DNA of 64,000 nt from Candidatus Bathyarchaeota archaeon. Lineage in GTDB: Archaea; Thermoproteota; Bathyarchaeia; TCS64. The DNA lies in assembly GCA_018396865.1 (NCBI GenBank), contig JAGTRB010000001.1:133970-197969 (forward strand). The letters are read 5' to 3'. Below are positions 1 through 8,414 of the stretch, piece after piece. Both the position numbers and the translations under genes were made by a program. Position 1 is the stretch's first letter. Each line of letters starts with the position of its first letter. The notes beneath the pieces were generated by a model that saw only the letters and a program-made list of their open reading frames with translations, had not been told where the DNA came from and did no database searches.

Positions 1-282
1 CTCGAAGATCCTCAAAAGGCAGAATCCTAATGGCCACTGGGAATCGGAAGTCCGGCCCTATCATCCAAAGTATAAGAGCACATAACTGGCAGATAATGAT
101 CCTCAGCCAGCTTGGCTTAGATGGTGAGGATGATAGGGTTAAAAAGGGCATGCGAATGGATCTATCGCTTCTAGCATGAGGAAGGCGGATTCAACACCCG
201 CGGTAGGGAGGTGGCGGAGGAGGAGTATGAGCTGGAGAGGGGGCGGACCATAAGGAAGGGCAGAGAGCCCTCCATAGTTTGA
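1..282 (+). pseudogene. Decayed fragment of a prenyltransferase/squalene-cyclase-repeat-like protein (5' part outside window)
   Basis: Joining frames by hand gives KILKRQNPNGHWE..PYHPKYKST[fs]YWQIMILSQLGLD..RVKK[fs]ACEWIYRF*HEEGGF. This has QxxxGxW and xxxGGF repeats, two frameshifts and an in-frame TAG at 172-174. Confidence 0.55.
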
Positions 283-370
283 GCCAGTTTATCGATCATT
301 CCTCAGTTGACTCTGAGTAATCTTGAAGCTACTAGAGTTGTTATAATTAAAAAAATTTATAAGGAATTCT

Positions 371-1219
371 TTGAATGACTATCTAGTCATGATTGAGTGG
401 CCTAATGGTTCTAGATGTGCTGTTTGCTTCACCTTTGATGTAGACGCCGAAATCTCATGGAGAGGGGTCTTAAGAAGAAATAACATCTATAGAGATGACC
501 CAGTGGTTCTCTCCCTCGGAACATACTGCATAAAGAGAGGCCTCCCAAGAATTTTAGATATTTTGAGAAAAAATGATATTAAAGCTACCTTTTTCGTTCC
601 AGGTAGAATTGCAGAAATTCATCGAGAACAAGTTAAATCTATCATAGAAGATGGACATGAAATAGCTCATCACGGATATAATCATATTGTTCCTACCAGG
701 CTAAGTCCAGTTGAGGAAGAAGAAGATTTTAGAAAGGGATTCGAATTACTAAGAGACCTGTGTGGAGTAACCCCGTCAGGTTACAGATCTCCCGGTGAAG
801 GTTTAAGCGATCATACCTTAAAAATAATCACTAAATATGGGTTACTATACGAAAGTAGTATGATGGATGATGATGTTCCATACGTCGTAGATATTGATGG
901 TAAAAAACTTGTTGAACTTCCATGGAGATGGATACTTGACGATTGGGTTTATTTCGGATTCAACTATTTCCCACCATTAGAATACAGGAAGGCCCATCCT
1001 GAAAGCCCTAGAAAGGTGCTTGAAATATGGAAAGATGAATTTGACGCCATATATGATGAAAATTTATATTTCATGATAATAATGCATCCCCAGATAATGG
1101 GCCAGCCTTCTAGAGCAAGAGTCCTTAATGAGCTGATAAATTATATAAAATCTAAAGAGAAAGTTTGGATCACAACTGCAAGAGAGCTAGCATTATACTG
1201 CGCCTCCACTCTCAAATAG
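371..1219 (+). CDS. Polysaccharide deacetylase family protein (PuuE/PgdA-like); likely start ATG 389
   Basis: TFDVD, ATFFVPG, HEIAHHGYNH, GYRSPG and MHPQ motifs of the CE4 family. Confidence 0.9.
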   Translation: MNDYLVMIEWPNGSRCAVCFTFDVDAEISWRGVLRRNNIYRDDPVVLSLGTYCIKRGLPRILDILRKNDIKATFFVPGRIAEIHREQVKSIIEDGHEIAHHGYNHIVPTRLSPVEEEEDFRKGFELLRDLCGVTPSGYRSPGEGLSDHTLKIITKYGLLYESSMMDDDVPYVVDIDGKKLVELPWRWILDDWVYFGFNYFPPLEYRKAHPESPRKVLEIWKDEFDAIYDENLYFMIIMHPQIMGQPSRARVLNELINYIKSKEKVWITTARELALYCASTLK

Positions 1220-1451
1220 AAGGAGCTTAAATCCAATTGCGCCATGCCCACTACTTCCTTTTTACTGGTTGCCGCAGCATTGTCTTCATTTTTCTCCAGG
1301 CACTCTCCTTGATGAGAAAGATAGAAAACCTAATCTCCGATTCATCCCGGAAGAACACTGTGGATCTTCTCTCTCCCGTAACCTTCTAACAGCTCTGCTC
1401 TTCTCCTCAAAGCTTAAGTTTTGTTAATAATATTGCTGAAGATGAATAGTC

Positions 1452-1838
1452 TTGGGCGTATTCAGCGTTAAGGCAGTTATATGGAACCCACTGAACCCAT
1501 CAAGGAAGTCTGAATTAGAGCTACTGGTCGATACGGGATCAACATACACCGTGCTTCCGACAGGGCTGCTGAGGAGGCTGGGGGTTGACAGCATGAGGGT
1601 TGTCAGGCTTAGATTAGCTGACGGCAGGGTCACTGAGAGGCCCCTGGGAGAGGTCGGAATAGAGATAGAGGGTATAAAAGCTACTGCTACACCCGCCGTC
1701 TTCGGAGAGGGGGACACCTCCCTACTGGGGTCTGTCACCATGGAACAACTAGGCCTAGCCCCAGATCCGATCGAGAAACGCTTAAAGACGGTTGAAGCAT
1801 TACTCATGACGGTAAGGACCAAAGAACAGCTTTTGTGA
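1452..1838 (+). CDS. Clan AA (retropepsin-like) aspartic protease
   Basis: LLVDTGSTYT catalytic motif and C-terminal LLGxxxMEQLG. Confidence 0.85.
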   Translation: MGVFSVKAVIWNPLNPSRKSELELLVDTGSTYTVLPTGLLRRLGVDSMRVVRLRLADGRVTERPLGEVGIEIEGIKATATPAVFGEGDTSLLGSVTMEQLGLAPDPIEKRLKTVEALLMTVRTKEQLL

Positions 1839-2060
1839 AACGTACACTATAGATACCGGTTTAATTTTAGATAGATATCTAAATGAGGCGGCGGAGGCCG
1901 TTTCACAAAAGCGCACGCCGATTAACGAGTTTATTAAGGATTTCGCCATCTTTTTTATGGTTGTTTCATACTTTTTGGTTTAGCGGGTAAACGGTAAAGG
2001 CTAAGGTTGATGTAAGGGAAGATGTTTATAAGGTTTAACAGAAAAACATCAATAAGTCTT

Positions 2061-2477
2061 ATGGTTTAGACAACCATTGAGATAGACGATGATCTCTGGA
2101 GGCGCTTCAGCATCCTCGTCCTCCGTGAAAGGGGTGAGCGGAAGAAGAACGAAGTAATAAGTGAGCTGATCAAAGATTATGTTGAGCGCAGCGGCTTGAC
2201 GGAGGGTCCTCAGCAACTAAAATACATCCTACAAGTCGAGGAGGAGAGGGAGAAGTTCCTCAAGATCCGAAACAAACTGGTTCAAGAGCCTAGCTATAGA
2301 GGAAAATACGTTGCAATCTTTCAGGGCAAAATTGTAGGATGCGACGACCACAAGGGGAAGCTCGCTAAAGCCGTTTACGAGAGGTATGGCTACGTTCCAA
2401 TATATATCGATATGGTGGCTATCGGTGAAAGACGTGTAGAAGTTCCCTCGCCTGAGTTGACCCGCCATGAAGTATAG
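2061..2477 (+). pseudogene. Ribbon-helix-helix + DUF5678-like fusion, interrupted by TAG at codon 3
   Basis: ATG2061 GTT TAG then TTIEIDDDLWRRF...VISELIKDYVER (RHH-like), in frame with ORF 2196-2477 (YRGKYVAIFQGKIVG, DUF5678-like). Confidence 0.7.
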
Positions 2478-2839
2478 CCTTGACTACAACCCTCCAGCCC
2501 CTTCTTTAAAGGTTAGAATCAGCAGTCCAACATCAACTCATTCGATAGAGATTGAGGCAAAAATAGACACAGGCGCAGATATACCGGTGCTCCCACAACA
2601 CTTGAATAAACGAGCTTAGACTCATTCCCGCAAGTCGCGTATCCGTCTCATCCTTTAACGGGCGAGAAGAACCCAAATACACATACTTTGTAAATCTACA
2701 CTTTAACAACTTCAAATTCCCAATGGTTGAAGCCATTGGTGCCAAACGCCATAATGCCCTTCTCGGTCGAGACGTCCTCAACATGCTTAAGACCACGCTT
2801 GACGGCAAAACTCTGAGCTTCGAACTCTCTGACCCTTAA
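2467..2839 (+). pseudogene. Retropepsin-like aspartic protease, frameshifted
   Basis: MKYSLDYNPPAP...AKIDTGADIPVLP, then a one-base frameshift near 2605, then INELRLIP...ALLGRDVLN...FELSDP*. Confidence 0.8.
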
Positions 2840-2879
2840 ACCGCGCAAACATCGCAAAAGCCGCAAAGCTAAAGACACC

Positions 2880-3090
2880 AGCCAAATTCACCATCGAAGC
2901 CTTTCAGGCAATATTCACCGCTTTAAGGGTTGACCCTTTCAGGATCCCCAAGTGAAAGAAATCAGCTACGAGCTGAGAAAGACGATCCTAGACTACGTTA
3001 TAGTAGCCACAGCCCCTGCGCTGAAAAACAAGACGTTTACGCACGCGATAAATCATTTGCCATATTGGGAGAGAGAAGAGAGTCTTTAAG
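2880..3090 (+). pseudogene. Probable PIN-domain (VapC) remnant
   Basis: Frameshifted reading DPQVKEISYELRK-TILDYVIVATA resembles the PIN C-terminal DxxIxATA motif. Confidence 0.4.
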
Positions 3091-3162
3091 CCAGAAGATT
3101 CTCCTTAGGAATACATGATCTTCTTAGAAAGCTCACTTAGATAATTTTTAATTAGGTGAAAT

Positions 3163-3366
3163 TTAGAGCCTTGTCAGCTGCTCGATGATGCTGACCCCCT
3201 TCCTATCGACGACCATCCTCTGCGAGGCTAGTAGGACAGCGGCGAAGAGGAAGCTGATGGTTATCCCTAGGAAGGGCTTCCTGCCCTCGAGGTAGTCCCT
3301 AGCCTCTACAAACCTCTCTTGCATCCCAGAGAGATAGGGGTCAAGATGCCTCCTGAAAGGAGCCAT
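3163..3366 (-). CDS. Small hypothetical membrane protein or gene fragment
   Basis: 67-aa ORF with one hydrophobic segment (FLGITISFLFAAVLLA). Confidence 0.35.
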   Translation of the reverse strand: MAPFRRHLDPYLSGMQERFVEARDYLEGRKPFLGITISFLFAAVLLASQRMVVDRKGVSIIEQLTRL

Positions 3367-3519
3367 ACAACAGGTTTTAATATCCGGATAGAGTTAAAAA
3401 TATCGATTCAGAACCCCCTCCTTCCAGGACCAGGGATGGAACCGCAGCAAGCCTTAACCCTCTCCTGAGATATAAGCAGCTATTTTCACATTAGGTGGAG
3501 ATGTAGCTCCTCAACGGGT

Positions 3520-3614
3520 CCCAGCTGTTGGGAGGTTGAAAAGGGTTTGATTCTCAGCCTGTTTCTTGAAATAAGCTTGTTTTCTTAGGCTGATCAGTCC
3601 TCCCAACCGCTGGG
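3520..3614. repeat. 95-nt nested inverted repeat (hairpin or MITE-like)
   Basis: CCCAGCTGTTGGGAGG (3520-3535) and CCTCCCAACCGCTGGG (3599-3614) are 15/16 complementary. Inner arms: TCAGCCT/AGGCTGA and AAATAAG/CTTGTTT. Confidence 0.7.
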
Positions 3615-4005
3615 TATTACAGAAAATTTTCTTCCCGATAGAGTTTGGGGTTGAATCTGAGGATTCTGAGGTATCAGATAGGGGTGGGGAGGGGGTTGGA
3701 CTAGGGTTCCATGTGGATATTCGGGCCCCTCATCATATCTATTCTGAGGAGGGCGTCTAAGCCAGGTCCGTAGATGACGTAGACGAAAGTATCAGATATC
3801 AAACATATGATGGCATATAGCATCTAAACCTCTATGGTGGAACATATACAGCTTTCCCTCTCCTCTATCCTCCACCCCTTCTTGCCCTTAGGGCTTGTAG
3901 AACTTAATGCTTAGGGATAACCTAGTGTTGCTGAAGTAGACATCGAAGAGCCTCCTCAGCTGGAGGACCGGAGCCACAATCTAGTTTTTATTTCACTGGT
4001 GGGTC

Positions 4006-4422
4006 CTATGCCCTTCTTCTTTTGATGATGAAGACCGTGAGTGCCATGACTGCAATAGATAATCCTATCCAAGGGGTCAGTAGTTCCTCTATTCCCATCG
4101 AGATCAAGGCGCCTCCGACCGGAGGAGAAGGTGGAAGTTGTGGAGGAGAAGGTGCAGGCTGAAAAGCTAGCCCACCTATTGGACCAAGAGCACTCGGAAT
4201 TAAAGTCGTTAAAACATTACCATTCAAATCCAACTTGTACAAACTACCATACGTAGAAGAAGACTGATAAGCCCAAAGATAACCTTCTTCTGCTCCAACC
4301 AGCATTGGAGATTTTGTCGTAGCAACTATCATTGCTATCAACACGACTGAGAAGAGGAAGCTCCCATTTGACAACCTTGTTTTTATATTCTGAAGCACCT
4401 CCTCATCTTTCCTCAACTTCAT
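4006..4422 (-). CDS. Small surface protein with N-terminal hydrophobic helix, Pro-rich linker and C-terminal PVGG-TM-basic anchor
   Basis: PAPSPPQLPPSPPVGG...LLTPWIGLSIAVMALTVFII-KRRRA. Confidence 0.7.
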   Translation of the reverse strand: MKLRKDEEVLQNIKTRLSNGSFLFSVVLIAMIVATTKSPMLVGAEEGYLWAYQSSSTYGSLYKLDLNGNVLTTLIPSALGPIGGLAFQPAPSPPQLPPSPPVGGALISMGIEELLTPWIGLSIAVMALTVFIIKRRRA

Positions 4423-4703
4423 GAAAATCTCATTTTTGAATTTATTATTAATTATTTAAATATTTGCATTATGGGTGGTGATGTCAAGTTAAGGTCTTTC
4501 TTCTAGTAGAGGCTAAGCATCCCTAGCGGCTCGGGCTTCGGGGAAGAGCTGCATGCTGGTTGTACGGGGAAGGTGTCTCCTGACCCGGTTGCGGTAGATC
4601 TGCCAAGCCTTTAGCAAGAGTCTGGCTCCCTTGAGGATGCGGCCTACTTTTTGAAGCTGAACGCCAAATCCTAAAAATTTCAGGAGAAGAGGAGGCCCCT
4701 AAA

Positions 4704-5798
4704 TTGAGGTTTCTGCATTTACCGGACTTCGACCTGGTTATAGAGCTCCAGCTCAAGGAGTGGGAGGAGCTGGCCCCGAGGCCCAACGCAGACCTGCTGC
4801 CCCCCGACCCATCCCTAGAGGGAACTGGAAGAAGCTACGTCGCCCGCCTGGATGAAGCTTATCCTATTTCTCGTGAAGTGGGATGGAGAGCCAGAGCCAG
4901 GGAGGAAGAGAAGAAGGATCTCGAAGCCAAACTCGTCGAGTACCTCTGGTGGATGAGGAGGCAGGGATACGCCGATGAGACGATCAGGGGTTACGTGCTG
5001 GCCCTTAAGGTCCTAGCCGCAAGGGGTGCAGACCTCAACTCCCCAGAGTCGGTGAAGGAGGTTATAGCTAGACAAAAATGGTCCGGGAACAGGAGGAGGA
5101 ACGTGATAAACGCCTATTCGCTATTCTTGAGGATGGTTGGAGGCCGCTGGGAGAAGCCAAAGTGCGAGGTTGAGCAGAAGATCCCCTTCATACCAACCGA
5201 ACAGGAGATAGACGCCCTCATAGCAGGATCGAACAGGAGGCTCTCAACGTTTCTACAGCTACTTAAGGAGACGGCGATGAGGGCCGGTGAGGCCATTAGG
5301 CTGGAGTGGACGGATATAGATTTCGAGAGGCGCCTCATAACCCTGAATAAACCAGAGAAAAGAAGCAGCCCAAGGGTCTGGAGGGTGAGCAACGAGCTCC
5401 TGGCGAGGCTAATGACCCTTCCAAGAGAGGGGAAGAGGATCTTCCCAACATATAACAACATGAAGGGAGTATTCCTAAAAACAAGGAAGAGGTTAGCAAA
5501 CAAACTCCAGAATCCAAGAATAGAAAGAATAACCTTCCATACATTTAGACACTGGAAAGCCACAATGCTATACCACCAAACAAGAGACCCATACTACGTA
5601 AAACAGTTCTTGGGACATAAAGCCCTAAACAACACAGAGATCTACATAACAATAGAGAAAACAATATTCGGAGAGTACAACGACGAGTTTATAGTAAAGG
5701 TAGCGAGCAGGCCCGAGGAGATAAAAACCCTCCTAGAGACGGGATTCGAGTACATATGCGAGAAGGACGGCCTGATGTTCTTCAGGAAGCGCGCATAA
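4704..5798 (+). mobile_element. Tyrosine recombinase/integrase ending 55 bp upstream of tRNA-Met; true start uncertain
   Basis: Complete catalytic set: R (AMRAGEA), K (KPEK), HxxR (FHTFRH), H (LGH), Y (TEIY). C-terminal tail GFEYICEKDGLMFFRKR. Confidence 0.9.
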
Positions 5799-5820
5799 AA
5801 GCTCAACAGCCAACCCCTAA

Positions 5821-5830
5821 ACCTTAAAAA
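5821..5830 (+). promoter_or_regulatory. TATA box of the tRNA-Met gene
   Basis: ACCTTAAAAA about 24-33 nt upstream of the tRNA 5' end. Confidence 0.55.
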
Positions 5831-5853
5831 GTTACCGGGGTTATAAAAAATAG

Positions 5854-5960
5854 GCCGGGGTTGCATAGCCTGGCTAATGCGCTGGACTCATGATCCAGAG
5901 GGCTGTGGCACCAGCGCCCAGGCCGGATAGAGATCATGGGTTCAAATCCCATCCCCGGCA
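5854..5960 (+). tRNA. tRNA-Met(CAU), elongator type, with a 32-nt intron (5899-5930) at position 43/44
   Basis: Acceptor GCCGGGG/CCCCGGC+A, D stem GCAT/ATGC, anticodon arm CTGGA-CTCATGA-TCCAG, T arm ATGGG-TTCAAAT-CCCAT. Removing 5899-5930 restores the 5-nt variable loop AGATC. Followed by a T-run. Confidence 0.93.
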
Positions 5961-5994
5961 CTTTTTAATGAATCCTCCTCACTTTTTCTGGGGT

Positions 5995-6090
5995 TTACTT
6001 CCTCTTCCTGAAGATCTTCGCGCCCTCCATCTAGCAGACATATTCGAACCCGGATTCCACGAGTTCGCAGGCCTCTTGGTTTTTGCGACC
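5995..6090 (-). pseudogene. C-terminal remnant of a second integrase of the same family, convergent on the tRNA
   Basis: Minus strand reads VAKT[fs]EACELVESGFEYVC*MEGAKIFRKRK*, matching the tail of 4704-5798 (VASRPEEIKTLLETGFEYICEKDGLMFFRKRA). Confidence 0.85.
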
Positions 6091-6738
6091 ATAGCCACAA
6101 TAGTCGCGGATGATGATGCATTACTAGTTCTGGAGGCGCTTGTCAACAATTACTATATCCCAAGGGAGTATATTCTGCTGCACATTTCAGATGAGGAGTC
6201 TTCAGGTGTTCATAACGCCACATTGGCTGGGATAATTGAGAGCATAAACTGGGTGAATGAAACTTCAACTGGAGATGATGATGTTATAATTTATTTCTCG
6301 GGTCACGGTACGGGGAGGGGTAAGAGGGCTGGGATGGTCGCGCAGGATGGAGGGGTCCTGTGGGATCATCAGCTTGCAGCCAATCTCACCGAGATACTGG
6401 GCCATGCTAGGAGGGTTGCGGTGATATTCGACAGCTGCTTCTCAGGAGGCTTCCTAGACGACCTGGAACCCATACCCAACCTGTTAGCCATAATGGCCGG
6501 TAGAGCCATCTCATTCGAGGCCGCCTATGGGCATGGGGTCTTCACATACTGGCTCGTATGTCAGGGAATCATCAATGGCTATGCTGATGATCCAGAGCTC
6601 AACCCACACGCAAAAAAGGATGGCGTGATACCCCTTGAGGAGGCTTATGACTACACATACCATAATTTACTAGGGCAGAGCAAGCCCAAGATACTGGATA
6701 ATTACGAAGGGGACTTCCTTCCCTTGAAAGATAATTGA
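6090..6738 (+). pseudogene. Caspase-family (peptidase C14) gene, 5'-truncated
   Basis: DDDA, IYFSGHG and IFDSCFSGG catalytic dyad motifs, plus HGVFTYWL. The upstream part of ORF 5890 overlaps the tRNA and the integrase remnant. Confidence 0.75.
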
Positions 6739-7045
6739 TTAGGCTAGAGATTATGTACTGCCCTTTTCTCCTTTATTTTTAATTTAATTCTTCTATGGGT
6801 AAAGTCACTCCGGTATTTAGGATTGCTATCGGCCTGTCATCTATCGGTCTAAATGCTTAGAGCCTTTAAAATTGATGATGCTGGGGCCAGAGTGCTAGTC
6901 AGATTAGTTTTTTACCGTGGAGTAGGATGTTGAAAGAGACCGTGAACTTCTATGGGGCTTATCTCCCTAAAAGTTTCTAATGATCTATAAATTCTGATAA
7001 TCATAATTAAGTGAGAGAGGTCTAATTCCATTAATTCTATTAGGA

Positions 7046-8242
7046 TTATAGGTTTGTTAGCTTGGGTTCGCTGAGGGCTACAGGCCTTCCTCTTTCGTAG
7101 TATACCCTTGGTGTTAGGGGGTTTAGCCCCACGCATAGGGTGTAGGTCATTACTCCTGCTTGTCTGGCTAGGTTGCTGATGGTGTTCTCCCCCTCCCTAC
7201 CTATGAGTTCGACTGTATCTCCCTCCTTGGCCTCGACCCCCTCGAGGTCGATTATGTGGTGGTTGACGGAGACGGATCCAAGCACCCTGCACATCTTGCC
7301 CCCGACCCTGACTAGCCCCTTGCTTGAGAGGCCTCTAGGATATCCATCGGAGTATCCTGCATGGATGGTTCCCACCTTCATCCTCTCCGGGGCGATGAAC
7401 CTCCGATTGTAGGTTAGGGGGTCTCCCGCCTCTATCCACTTCACAAGCTCGATCCTGGCCTTGAAGGATAATGCCTGCCTCAGGTCTAGGCCCGCCTCCC
7501 TGTCCTCCTCCTCCGGGTATACCCCGTAGATTGTCAGTCCCGGCCTTACGGCGTCGAGATATGACTCGGGCATGTGGAGGATGGCGTTGCTGCTCGCTAT
7601 GCTCCTCGTGCCTGGGTCTATCCCCCTCCTCCTCAGCTCCCCCTCCACGGCCAGCATCCTCTCAAGCTGGATCCTGTCGTAGGCCCTATCCTCCGTGAAG
7701 GTGGAGAAGATCCCCTCAAGCCTTAGGCCTGGAAGGGAGGAGATATATTCTATGAAGTCGGCGGCCTCCCCATACCTCACTCCAACCCTTCCAAGCCCCG
7801 TATCCACCTTTACGAAGACACCCGCCTCCAAACCTAGGCGGAGTGCCGTCTTGCTTAGCCTATCCGCCACCTCCCTTGTGAAGACCGCTTGGGTGACCCC
7901 TTCCTCGATCACATAATCATACTGCTCATTGGAGAAGATGGGGTCTATGTTGATGATCCCGCAGTCGAGGCCCGCCCCCCTCAGCTGCTTGGCCTCCCAG
8001 AGCTTCGCGACTAGAACCCTCCTTACCCCCCTCCTCATAAGGTGGGCCACTATTGGAACTAGGCCGTGGCCGTAGGCGTTGGCCTTCACGCACGGGATGA
8101 CCTCCACCCCCACCCGCCTCCTGATCTCCTCGAGGTTATGGGTCACGCAGTCGAGGTCTACCTCAAGCCATGTAGGGTATCCCTCCAATCTCTCCTCTAT
8201 CTCTTTGAGGGTGGGCTGAGCTCTGAAGAATGGCTCCGCCAT
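7046..8242 (-). CDS. alr: Alanine racemase (fold-type III PLP enzyme)
   Basis: VKANAYGHG PLP lysine, KVDTGLGRVG, VRPGLTIYG, catalytic Tyr (LTYNRRF), GYSDGYPR. Confidence 0.9.
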   Translation of the reverse strand: MAEPFFRAQPTLKEIEERLEGYPTWLEVDLDCVTHNLEEIRRRVGVEVIPCVKANAYGHGLVPIVAHLMRRGVRRVLVAKLWEAKQLRGAGLDCGIINIDPIFSNEQYDYVIEEGVTQAVFTREVADRLSKTALRLGLEAGVFVKVDTGLGRVGVRYGEAADFIEYISSLPGLRLEGIFSTFTEDRAYDRIQLERMLAVEGELRRRGIDPGTRSIASSNAILHMPESYLDAVRPGLTIYGVYPEEEDREAGLDLRQALSFKARIELVKWIEAGDPLTYNRRFIAPERMKVGTIHAGYSDGYPRGLSSKGLVRVGGKMCRVLGSVSVNHHIIDLEGVEAKEGDTVELIGREGENTISNLARQAGVMTYTLCVGLNPLTPRVYYERGRPVALSEPKLTNL

Positions 8243-8414
8243 AGAGCATCAAATAGGAGCTACCTGAGGATGAATAAAAGGGGCTTGCCTCTTCAGAAGG
8301 CTGATCAACGAGGTTCATGGCGGGTCTCCATCTCGGTCGATTTAATCCCAGTCCTCTATATTCGCCCACATGGTAACAGATACAATTAATTAACTCTCTA
8401 AATTGATATAGAAT

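Noticed and set aside
1225-1420. Possible gene remnants in the spacers 1225-1420, 10320-10620 and 13680-13840
   Set aside because: Coding-like composition, but too degraded to assign a family without a search.
2067-2069. Pyrrolysine read-through of in-frame TAG codons (2067; also 172, 6031-6033 on minus, and in the TnpB remnant)
   Set aside because: TAG is the normal stop of many core genes here (rps13, rpl18e, rpoL, PCNA, priL). The affected genes or their partners also carry frameshifts, and no pyl genes are in the window.
5890-6089. N-terminal part of ORF 5890-6738 as real coding sequence
   Set aside because: It overlaps the tRNA-Met gene and the antisense integrase remnant.
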